Positions 21,800 to 47,624 of a stretch of 64,000 nucleotides of DNA are shown in pieces. Under the pieces are notes generated by a model, which worked only from the letters and a program-made list of their open reading frames with translations, was not told the DNA's origin and searched no databases. Position numbers and translations under genes: made by a program. The stretch spans positions 450,147-514,146 of the forward strand of contig DF236953.1 of assembly GCA_000708835.1 (NCBI GenBank), in the 5' to 3' direction. Origin of the DNA: Klebsormidium nitens (lineage: Eukaryota > Plantae > Klebsormidiophyceae). How positions within the stretch are numbered: the first letter of the stretch is position 1; each line of letters begins with the position of its first letter.

Positions 21800-21811
21800 A
21801 TTCTCTCTATG
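21800..21811 (-). promoter_or_regulatory. Putative self-priming primer-binding site
   Basis: Directly after the CA end of the 5' repeat B the sense strand reads CATAGAGAGAAT. This is the exact complement of ATTCTCTCTATG (sense 21978-21967) inside B. There is no TGG tRNA-type PBS. Confidence 0.65.
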
Positions 21812-22168
21812 TGAATGATTGCATCAATCATTAATCACCTAAACCACATGCACCATACACATAAGCGCAGTCTGCTTATGCGGAGACTCTCTGCTGGCCG
21901 TCATGCAGCATGACGAGGAGACAATGGTTGCTGATCAAAGTCGCCTTCAATATGCCTTAGACCGAACATAGAGAGAATGAGCTACAATCAGCTCATTCTC
22001 TTACCTAAATGTTCTGTCCGGCCATCAACCTTCTGCTTAAGTGCTTTGTACGGTAATCATCATGCTCATCAATGCATTACCGGACTCACTCTAGCTCTAG
22101 TTACGGCTGACCCTAACGTAATGACCGGGTTGCGAGATAACCCGGTCGCGACACAATCTGGCGTGACA
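21812..22168. repeat. Repeat B, copy 2 (5' terminus of the element in sense orientation)
   Basis: 355/357 identical to 11801-12157; not accompanied by repeat A. Confidence 0.95.
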
Positions 22169-22610
22169 CGCGGCCGCACTGGGATGTCGATCATGCGGCA
22201 TGCATGTACATGAGCGGCTATTTGCACACGTGCATGTCGACATGCATGTTAGTGTGCAACCTTCAGTGACGCTGGTTCACTACCATATACAGCAACTTTG
22301 CATCAAGCATTGAGTTCTTCGAATCGCACCAACTTTTGACAATTATAAATATGTCCCAATTGGTGCCGATTCAGCTGAAGTGCATGCATCGTTCAAACAT
22401 CTGAAGAGCCGGACTTGCATCCTTGGGCCGTGCCAGCTGCTCGTCACATTCTTGTTAGAAACTAGGTCAAGTACACTCCTAAAAGAATCAACGGGCAGGC
22501 CTCAGCATTAAGAGATCAACCCTGCGCAACGTCCCACTCTCGAATTCCGGCGGGGGCTTGCGCTTTCCTGCAGGCCTCGACAAATGCTAGTCGTCTACAT
22601 GCATTAGAGC

Positions 22611-37913
<15,303 letters not shown>

Positions 37914-39448
37914 GCCGACACGATATTGTGAAATCCGCTGCAAAAGGAAGAAGGAAGGTGCATTGTCAAATCTCAGTGATGCCAATGGACATGCTGTATC
38001 ACGAGGTTTTGCGTGTATGGATGATCTCAAGGAGTGACTGACTTCTCTAACTGTCCGAGCTGGAATCCTGCACTTCGGCGGTCTGAGTTCCTACCCAAAT
38101 TCTGAGAACAGTCCAGTGTTGGGCTAAAGAAGGTGGGGCTCTGGGATCATCGATGAATCTGGAGGATCAGTGGTGGAACACCCTGCCCAATGAGAGAGGT
38201 GACCTGAGGCTTTTGAACACCAATAAAGGGGAGCTGTTTGGCAGGAACAAACATCACATTAGCCAGCTAGGTCAGACCATATCTATGTTGGATTTTTGCT
38301 GATCTCATGTCAGGCCAAACACATTCAAACAATTTTGGTTGTTGCATTAGTCACTTAGAACTGCTTGAAAGAGACTCCAATGAGAGGCTTCAGCACAAAC
38401 AGAAAGGAGTCAATATAAGGTGATGCTGCAGGTTGGAAGAATTGATCGGTCGACAGACTAGACAGTACATTGTCAAGAGCTCAATGCAGCTGAGAATATG
38501 AGCTGATGCTGCTGACAGGCTGTGGTGAAAAAGAACTACTGTAGACAATGCGCTGCTCATGTGAGTTACTTCAGCAACCTTGTTGAGCACTGCTTCTTTG
38601 TAAGCCACTTTATGATAAGGGCAAAGTCATAACATCAACGCACATAGCGGCATGCTTGCCTTTTTGATTCCCGCGACGAATCAAAAGTTGCCAGGCAAAC
38701 GTGCTCACCAAAGGCAAGCCGCTCTCTGGGTGTAGCTGATGACCTTTTATCCAGTTTAAGAATAAAATGCAATGAGCTGTGTCCACATCAAGGTCTTTGG
38801 CAGGCTCGCACTGCTTGATGATGCCAAGCGACTCGATCAGAAATGACTGCAGGCCCAGACACCACTGAAATGTGGTCTTGCCTCAACGACGGCGCTGCAC
38901 TTTTCCATCGGACATTCCTACAGTGGCAGCAAGCAAATAACTCCTAAATCTTTCCATCCTCAACTGCGCTTGGCCTCAATCAGTTGGGAGTGAAGTGGCC
39001 ACAGCGCGCTAGCCAGCAGCTTCAGCCTTCAGGCTCAGGCTCAGGCTCAGGAGCTTGGCCGCCTTGCAAATCTGCAAAGCCGACCATCTTGGACCCTCAC
39101 AACGCTCACCTATTATTGAAAATTTCGGGCATAATGTTGATTGTAACCTGCGCCCCTAACCATCGCCTTTGAACTCGAGCGGCAGGCTAGAATGAGAACC
39201 GAACCCTGCAGAAGGATCCACAAACGGTCGACAAAACCAACCACTATAAGTGGCATGAAATTGGACGCACGAATTTGGTGCCTCAACGGTCCAGAAATGC
39301 AATAAAATCATCGTACGGGCGAGACATATATGGTGAGAAGCTCTGCGGCTGTTCACACCATCTCGGCCCGTCGTAATCAAACTCATCACACGAAGGAAAC
39401 CATTGTGAGATTCTCTGCGGCTTTTCACACCATCTTGGCCTTGTCGAG

Positions 39449-42400
39449 ATGATGAGCAGATTGAGCAGATTGAGCAGCCATCTGGCAGCCAGCCTGGAAG
39501 CTCAGTCGGCCGCAAAGGGAACTCTTCCAAAGAAATTGAGGCGGATCGGAAGATACGGTAGGAAAGGAACGCTCACTGTCACATGGTACATTGTTTATCT
39601 TTGCAGTGTGGGCCTGTCATGTTATGACTCGATGCAGGTCTTTGTGCCTGAAAGCCGGCGCGCTGAGATAGTTGTCGAGGTTGGCAGAATGGAGGAGAGA
39701 CAGGCCGACCCGATCGAAGACAGACGCCAGTCAGAAGAACAAGACTCGAACAGCGGGGAGGGCTTGCAAAAGAGCAACGCAGGCAATTGTGAGCCATTGC
39801 ATGCAGACCTGAAGGGCGGCCCGCTTAGCGTCGCGAGTGATGTGGCTAGAGCCCAAGCTCCTGTAGAGCAGCGATCAAGGCCGACGCATCCTGACACCAA
39901 TGTGCAGCTGTCTCCAGGACACGCTGGGCCTTCTGGAGGCTCGGTTGGCGCGTCTAACGAGACCGAGGCAGAAGGAGTTACACAGCATGGTGCCGCTAGC
40001 TCGAGTCATGTTCCGTTGAGTGCGTCTCAGGAGCAGGAAGACATTCTTGAAGCTTGGAGAAAGAGGCGGCGGCAGGAGATGGCTGCCCTTCAAGGTGTGC
40101 CTGCGGGCGGGAGTTTCCATAAGCGGGGCCCGGAGCCAGGACTGAGCACAGACCAGGGTTTGCAAAACCAGGGTGTGAGTGTTTTAGACCAGAGGCAGAG
40201 GGCGGAAAGTGCAACTGTGCTTGTGCGTGGCAGCGATGAGGAGGACGAGGAGTTGCTCAAGAACTTGCGCAAAAGGTGAGCACATAGAACGTCAGTGTCA
40301 CCTGACTGTCATATAAGGTCTTGTCGCAGTTTTTTTGGGGCTTGTGGTGGACTCCCAGGTTGAGGAGACGAGTAGAGCGAGAAGGAAGAGGTTCTTGATG
40401 GGGACAAGGAGGTTCTTGATGTTTCAAGAAGTTTATTTTCCTCCCATCTTTTTCTGGTGTGGCGCTTCAGCTACTCTTAACTTTGCTCGTTGTTGCGGGC
40501 TTGAGTTGCGGGATTGTTGGCTATTTATGGAATCAGGAAGCGCGCGCTGTCGGGCTTGCTTCTTAGTGGACGTCATTTATCCTCAAGCTTTCTACTGAAC
40601 CTACTGCAGAGCATCCCAATCAGATCAGTGTCAATTAAAGCTTTTGCTTCAACTTTGAAGCGGCCATTTACGTCCTGGCTATGGACCCGCAGAAGTTGTC
40701 TCTTGATCGCATTTCATGTCTAGCTTTCCCTTATGAAGAAGCTGTTCGGAGCACCCTGCATAGGCTGTTCTTCCCGTTTGCCTCCCAGGTGGTGAGCACA
40801 CGCATCTCCTCTTCAAAATCTGGCACAAGATCACCTCACTCCGCTTCTTTTCTGCCTGCTTTGAGGTGATTAACTCCTCATCTTCTCTTTCAGGCTTGGT
40901 ATTGAGCCTGGTCTTCCAGGACCAGTCTCGAGCCCCACTACCTCTGACCACCCCCCCACCGCATCGGGCACTCCTCAACCAAAAGAAGCCCCTCATTCCG
41001 TTTCGCCCCCTGCTGAGCTCGCCCCGCAGTTGCAGAGCCCCGAAAGCCTATCCCCCGACACACGCCCGACCCGCCACAGTTTTCCCCAAAGCCCCCGACG
41101 GGCTCAGTCACAACCGATCCGGTTCAGCAGCAACACCCCACCCGCCAGTCCCCGTAGGTCACTCAGCCCCGCTGCTAGCGCTGGCAAGCGCAGCGCCTCC
41201 GAGCCTGCTACCAGTAGGATGCATCCGTCTCTTTCTCCCACCCCCCACTCTAATTCAGAACCTGCCCAGTCCGACGTTTCCAGCCCGTCTAGCTCTCCCA
41301 GTGCGTCCAGCCACTCAAAACGCTCGAGCCCGTTTGAGTTCTCTCCCCCAGAGACGCCCACCTCTCAGGGGGGTCCCCGAGGCCCCATTTTTGAGGCCCC
41401 CGCAAGGAGCTCCGGATTGCTGACAGCAGAGGATGAGGCCCTGCTTGCGGCGATGTCGCTCGTGGGCCGCAGCCGGAGCCGCAGCTCGCCGTCCAACCGG
41501 AGGCTGCCACGTGGCGGATCGGGGCTTCCCCCGCAGCACGTGCCGCCGTCGCAGCTGCGACGAGCGATCAGTATCGATCCAACGGTTGAGGCCCGTGCAG
41601 TGGAGAAGCGCTCTGCGGAGCGGATGAAAGCAGTCGGGGGAATGAGTGGGTCCTTGGAAAGAGCGGAAAGGCAGGATGGGATGCAGACTGGGGTTGTTGC
41701 GGAAGAATCGGAAGGGGGATTCGCAGGATCGAGAATACTTTCCCCAGAACGAGGGACCAGTGAGAGGGGCTTGGGAAGTGACAAGCGGCTGAAACGAGCC
41801 GAGGGAGAGTCTGCCGGGGGGGCCGCTCCTGCATGGAGAAACGTAACACGTTCTGGGGGCTTGGAAGCAGAGCCCAATAACAGGGGGGGAGAGGAGACTG
41901 ACAAGTCAGCAGCAGAGTTCGAGAGGGTTCGAATTGAGACATTTGACCTGCACAAAGGTGCTGCTTCTGAGTCTGAACAAAGTAGCGGGGGGGCGCAACT
42001 GAGCGAGCGACCCGACATGTCAGCTGAGGCACCGTCAGAAGGGGGTTTGGGGCGGGTTAAGAACGTAAACCGGGGGTTAGTGCTGCAAATTCTGGGATTC
42101 GAGGACGAGGACGACCTGGAGGGCTTTGGACGATTCCTCTCCCCTGTTCGAACCAAAGTTTCGGACGCTGGCAAGAGCCGACTCGCGAGAAAGCGCAGCA
42201 ACTCGTTCTCGGAGTTCTCGACAATCCCAAGCCCGCCACAGATGCCCGCTCGGGCACGGGGGAGTATCGATCGTGAGGAGTGGAGCCCAAGTCGCGGTCG
42301 CAAGGGGTTCGGGTTTGCGGGGTTCCGAGCACGGAAGCCGGTCCCAATGCAGGTAGGTCGCTGACTTTCATTGGTCTTCATTCCGATTCATCCAATGAGT

Positions 42401-43813
42401 GCCGGTTTTTGGTCCCTGGAATTCCTTGCAGTAGTTTTCCGAGTGGCACCAGATCGCTTCTGGAGACGTTTTCCTCTGTTGTCGTCGATTAAAAGGAGAT
42501 GGAGGAAAGGGCTTGCCAGGTGATCTTTGGGAAAGAAGCACCTAGCTAACACAGTATGAACATCCACGATGATGAAGACCCGCTGCATCACTTGCAATCA
42601 CCATCTGCGATCACTCACTGAGCAAGACAAGATGCATAATCTGAACCGCAGAAACCACACCAACATTCTGCTTTTCGTAATGCAGCCTGCAGTGGCGAAC
42701 CTGATTGCGGAGACGGTCGAAGATTTTTGGTCGTCGGATCTGATGGGGGCGTGGGGGATGGGTGGCCAGAGCGACCCGGAGGCGAGCGACGCAGAGCCGA
42801 CATCGGCACCCGGGGGCAGCGTGGGTCCTTTGACCGACGACTTTATTGTTGGTTTAGACGTTCAATCGAGCGGTGTTCCGAGTAGTGAGTCATCCGGGCG
42901 GGACACGGGCGGCAGCAAGGGGTCGGGGCCTCCGCTGTTGCACCGGCGAGTTGTCAGCGGAGAGTCGGTACGAGGACAGGGCGATTCAGAGCCGGGGGCC
43001 GATCCAATCAGGCCTCCTGTCGTAAAAGAGTCTCCCAAGGAAGGATCAACACTAGACATTCAGTTGCAGCCTCCATTCGACGCCGTCGGTTCTGTGGTGC
43101 GCGAAAGAGAAGGGTTGAAAGCACAGTCGGAGAAGTCGTTAAATTTTAAGGCTGCAGCAAGCGAGGCCGGGAAGGTGACGCCACCCCCGGACGTTGCTCC
43201 CGTAACGGAAGGGTCAGTGAAGGGACAGTCAGAAGCCGTTTTCGGTCTTGAAGAGACGCCGTCTTCTGACCCTTTGACGGATTTATGTAACCAAGCGCCC
43301 GCAGCTGGTGGGACGTCTGTAGAGATTCCAGTAGGAGATGATCAGCACGAGAGTGGAACTTCCAGCAAGCTAGATGTGAATAGTATCGGTTCGCTGCCGG
43401 GGCACGTGGAAAGCGGCTCAACGTCAAAATGTAGTGAAACCGTTAGCGAAGTGCATGCCCGGCTGGGGCCGCCGCTGCTGGATGACGTCTTCGAGGACGG
43501 GCCTGACATCACGAGGCTCAGGGCGGACATCCACAGGCGAGACGAGGACATCAGGTAGGGCTCTGCTGACGTCGTTCTTTTCAGGAACCTCTCTATGTTG
43601 AAGTCTCACGTAATGGATTCCTCCAACAAGTTGGCATCCCTTTCCTTTTCTGTATTAATGTCAGACACAGTACCGCATGGTCGGTCTGGTAGTGTGATCC
43701 GAGACGCAATGATTTGGACGCACTGTTTTTGCTTGCTTCGTCAGGCAGCCCTTCGTGATGTTTTGGAAAACAGTGTCGCGAGCAGACTGGTCATCGAGCG
43801 TGCTCTTGTTTGA
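39449..43813 (+). CDS. Uncharacterised multi-exon Ser/Pro/Glu-rich protein (possibly PROSER3-like)
   Basis: Long low-complexity ORFs at 39449-40279, 41030-42364 and 42569-43558 end at GT donors. A last exon, AALRDVLENSVASRLVIERALV*, follows. Motifs EDILEAWRKRRRQE and DVFEDGPDITRLRA recall PROSER3 (from memory, unverified). Exact exon limits are uncertain. Confidence 0.5.
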
Positions 43814-45228
43814 TCATGCGCATCAAGAGAGCAGCTATTGTAATTCGAAGAGTCGCTCAACAGAGCGTGTTTCGTTCTTACAGAGGGATCCGTGCTTCAA
43901 GAGATTACTAGCATGAGACGCTTCCCAAGCAGCGCGGAGCAACCCATCTATTCTTTGGTAGGAAACACATTGAAGCAGCGTGCCACTTCTTTGACGTAGA
44001 GCTGTCGCCGGTATCGGCATGTGCATACTTTGTAGGCTCGAAGGGAATATGCTGGTCCCGTGGTTGTATTGCTTGTTCTAGGACAAATTTAAAGGCAGGA
44101 GCTGTGTCTCGTCGTCAGTCAGCGGCAGCGGCACACCTTGTGAAGCAGTGGACCGCGATCAGCAATTTTTGAGTAGAAGAGTTCTTTTTCCACGCTAGGA
44201 ACTCTTGTTTGCTGGGAGCGCTGAGATTGCACTCGTGATCATGGTGGAGATGGTTTTGCACCGATATGACGATCGAAGTAGAGTCTTAGCTGCCGGGCCT
44301 CTATCGTCAATATTATCCTTCACGTCATCTTTTCTAAAGAATTGTCTGATTCGACTGGACTGCAATGGTATGCTCGTCGGATGCGATTACATATAAGCTG
44401 CACATTGTCGACTTGGGAGATTCAATCACGATGTTAATTTAATTGATAGCTATACTAAAGCTTTGTTCGTCTTACATATGTATGGCTCGCCCGCCTAGCT
44501 GCGTTTTTGTATTTGCTACGAGCAAGGGATCCCGCTTTGCATATGCTATGCCTAGCTTAGCGTTGTATCGTCGACCGTGCTCGGCTAGTCACAAAAGCGG
44601 CGGCCTTCCATATGTGCAGAGCTTGTGCCTGAGCATGCAACGGCAGCTTGCACCTGACAATATCTGGATAGTATCCCTAAATTTGTAAACATATACGTCT
44701 ACGCATATCTTCTTTATGTGCTAGGTTCGATTTCGGCCTTGTGGCCCAAACAGCCTTATTGAATCCAAAGCTCAAAGTTAGTAATTGGCAAGCTTATTGA
44801 ATACATGATCTCGATCGCCTACAATGATGTGGGGCAATTGATAACCCTGGCACCGGTCCTTCAATGCAATGGTAAGCTCATCTTGTCAATTAATCTCCTC
44901 ATAAGCCCGATTTCGATGTTGAGCTGGCTACCGTCAGGCAAAGCCCGAATGAGGTTACCTATGCAACCTGGTACACGAGCTCAACCATCGTCGTGTTTTT
45001 GCATCCCGCATGTTCTATGTTTTTGCTAGGTCATATTGGTTGTAGTATAGGACCTTAGGTGGTCTTTCCACATGAAACCCTTTTCACGAAGCCAAGTTGC
45101 ATGCAATGCAGCCTATAGTTTGAAACAATCAAAGTCGCTCCGCTATTTCTGCCAAAGGTCAGAGGTGATCTGGAAGCTGGGGTCACCCGCAACTCATCTG
45201 CTGCCGTTCAATCTACACATGATTGAAG

Positions 45229-46554
45229 TTACCACTTTCTCAACGTCACTAGCAACTGCGGAAACTCGTCTTTCAAAGCTCGCAGAAACTGGCGGTCGAT
45301 CTCCATTCCAATGTTGTGAGCAAAAAAATGTTTTGGCCGTGTCCGTTTCAGCACCTGCCGAACTACAGCGTGGTCGATCTGGCGTGCTTCCACCATTTCT
45401 TTCTCACACAAACAGGACGAAGCATGGATTGCCCTCCATCCGACTATCTTGATTGAGCTTTGTAGCTCGTTGTTGGGTTCCCGGAAAATACCCTCTTCAG
45501 CATCCATCCAGTCATGGAGGACTAAGTGCTTGACCTGCTTGCGAAAACTGAAGTCTAAAAGGGCTGAGACTGTTGGGAATGTATCCCGAACTTCCAAATA
45601 GTCCAGATTTGACACAGCCGCAAAGATAGCCTCAACATTCAACTTGCCTCCTCGACCTGTGACCACTAGCTTCTTCAGACTGGGCATTGGCGCCTCTACT
45701 GATACAAACAGATCACCTGTGGCATTTATCAGCTCTAGTTCAGTCAAGCTAGGACACATCATGGCAATTTGAAGATCGTCCTCTGGGCCAACGACTTGCA
45801 GTTCTTGAAGGCTCTTGCACCTGATGTGGAAAGCACGTACAGCTCTCAGGTCGGAGTCCTCTCTGACCTCTAGTGTTTGGAGCGAGTCAGACTCTATGGT
45901 GTATTTGCTGGCCTCATTGGCGCCAACGCCGTCAAGCACGGCTTCCCGCAAGCGAGGCATTACCTTGAGCAGTCCCTTGAGTGTGGCAGGGGGAAGGGAG
46001 CAACCTAGCAGCCAGAGTTGCTCCAGCTTCTCAAACACCCCAATAGATGTGGGGCTGAAATCCAGAACCGCTAGGTTGAAGTAATTTACACCCCAGTAAC
46101 CCGCCCTTGCATCCAACACCAGCTCCTCCAGGCGCTTGCAGCTTGCTAGTGTGAAGAACAGCAGCTCCCAGCACTCCGGCTGGCGTGCCTCCCAATCCTC
46201 TGTCGAAATGTTCAGCTGGAACTTCCTCAGAGTTTGAAAGTTCAATAATAAAGCCGTCTGACACACCAAGCCAATGTCCACCCCCTCATACCGGATGTCC
46301 AATCTGACCTCCTCAAGCGGTCTTGCACGCCAGGTCTCTATTGCATCCTTGTGAAAGAGCATCTCATCCCTGGCATTGCCGATATGCCAAAGCAAGACAT
46401 TACCTAGTGCTTCCTTAAACATCCTACAAACTGTCTTCAGCCGCACCAGCATGGCCTGGGGTGTCGCTGGAGTTGAGCTTCCCAATCTGTCCCGAATATC
46501 AGACAGCAGGATTCTCTCCAGCAAAGGAGCTGGTAAATGGTAGATGGAAGCCAT
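45229..46554 (-). CDS. Intronless F-box/LRR (RNI-like) protein
   Basis: N-terminal F-box-like HLPAPLLERIL...LKTVCRMFK followed by repeated LxxLxL units (LEELVLD, LEQLWLLGC, LQTLEV, LTELEL, LKKLVV). Confidence 0.8.
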   Translation of the reverse strand: MASIYHLPAPLLERILLSDIRDRLGSSTPATPQAMLVRLKTVCRMFKEALGNVLLWHIGNARDEMLFHKDAIETWRARPLEEVRLDIRYEGVDIGLVCQTALLLNFQTLRKFQLNISTEDWEARQPECWELLFFTLASCKRLEELVLDARAGYWGVNYFNLAVLDFSPTSIGVFEKLEQLWLLGCSLPPATLKGLLKVMPRLREAVLDGVGANEASKYTIESDSLQTLEVREDSDLRAVRAFHIRCKSLQELQVVGPEDDLQIAMMCPSLTELELINATGDLFVSVEAPMPSLKKLVVTGRGGKLNVEAIFAAVSNLDYLEVRDTFPTVSALLDFSFRKQVKHLVLHDWMDAEEGIFREPNNELQSSIKIVGWRAIHASSCLCEKEMVEARQIDHAVVRQVLKRTRPKHFFAHNIGMEIDRQFLRALKDEFPQLLVTLRKW

Positions 46555-47624
46555 TCGAACAGCTGAAACAGTGACACTGAGAGGGCGGCGCGCCCTTCCT
46601 TCCTTCCAAGTTCCTTCCTTCCTTCCGGTCCACTAAACTCAAGTACTTACCAGTAGTACTTACTCGGACCGTCCGATCGGGGCAAAACCTGCGCGCGCAA
46701 GATGAAGGGCTTCGATAACTGTTCGATGGATGGAGTGCTGATCGACGGTTGGTGTGAATCAAAGTTTCCGCGAAACAAGTGTACCCGGCATGGAGGAATT
46801 GCATGTGCGGCAGTCACCGTATACGCGGTGGTCCTCACGGCGACCAGGTGCCTTCACGCCCCGCGCTGAAACCAGCCGTTCAGCCGTTGCATGGGTGACT
46901 TCTAGAGATGCATCGGACGACATCACAAAATCTTCATAGCCACCAGATCTGGAAATGCGCAATGCTGGGAATCCTGGCTTGATTTTACGTCGGAAGCTGG
47001 TAGATGGGTCCTACTTGCAATCTGCACAAGGCGCCGGCTCATATTGCCAAGCATGTGAAAGTGGACTTTGAACTATATAGGTATACAGAACACCTGAGTC
47101 GGATCAAGTAATGATTATACCAACACTTTGCTATTAACCGTGCAGAAGAACGTTTTGAAGTCTCGTTGAAGTCATCTGCGAGTCATCGGCCTTAATCTGT
47201 TTGTGCCCGGCGCCCTGCCGTGCTCAACAATCTTGACATTGAAGTCCTGCCAGCGTCCCGTCATCTTCTACTGATATCTAGATGATCGTGATTACGCACA
47301 ATGACGTACAAAAACGTACTACCTAGTAGGACCAGCGAGCCCGTAGTGCAGCATTGGCCCTTTTGAGTTACATCTAAAGCAGTGCCCCTTGTTTTCTAGG
47401 CTTGATGCTTGAGCTTCAGAGCTTACTCTGAAAACAACCAGGTAATGTAGTAGAAATACAGTGAGCTGGAAAAGCGTTTCAGCAAGCAACACGGTTGTTC
47501 AGCTTCCTACCTTGAAGAATCTTGAGCAGGTCAGACTTGGTGCAATTTTTGTCGCTCGTCGGCAGTCCCGTTGGTTAGCAGTCCCTCCCCAGTGCCTAAA
47601 GCTGAGTCGAGGGTGACTACAAGG

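Larger units (their letters stand above)
11710..22168 (-). mobile_element. Intact Ty3/Gypsy-type retrotransposon carrying a cytosine methyltransferase and a PHD finger, with split direct terminal repeats
   Basis: Domain order is gag-PR-(DNMT)-RT-RH-INT. Termini are TGTCGCG (11710) and CGTGACA (22168), i.e. TG...CA inverted ends. The 4-bp TSD CGCG lies at 11706-11709 and 22169-22172. Terminal repeats are nearly identical and the ORFs are uninterrupted. Confidence 0.95.

Noticed and set aside
11801-22168. Conventional LTR element bounded by repeat B alone
   Set aside because: The flanks of B-to-B (ACTC versus CGCG) give no TSD, whereas A-to-B gives CGCG/CGCG. The PPT abuts A, not B.
11710-22168. 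DIRS/Ngaro element
   Set aside because: The repeat layout fits, but Pol has an HHCC plus DDE integrase in Ty3/Gypsy order, there is a TSD, and no tyrosine-recombinase motif was seen.
38990-39480. TCAGGC and GAGCAGATT microrepeats and a roughly 40-bp direct duplication (about 39333 and 39406)
   Set aside because: Simple local duplications in a putative UTR or promoter region with no further structure.
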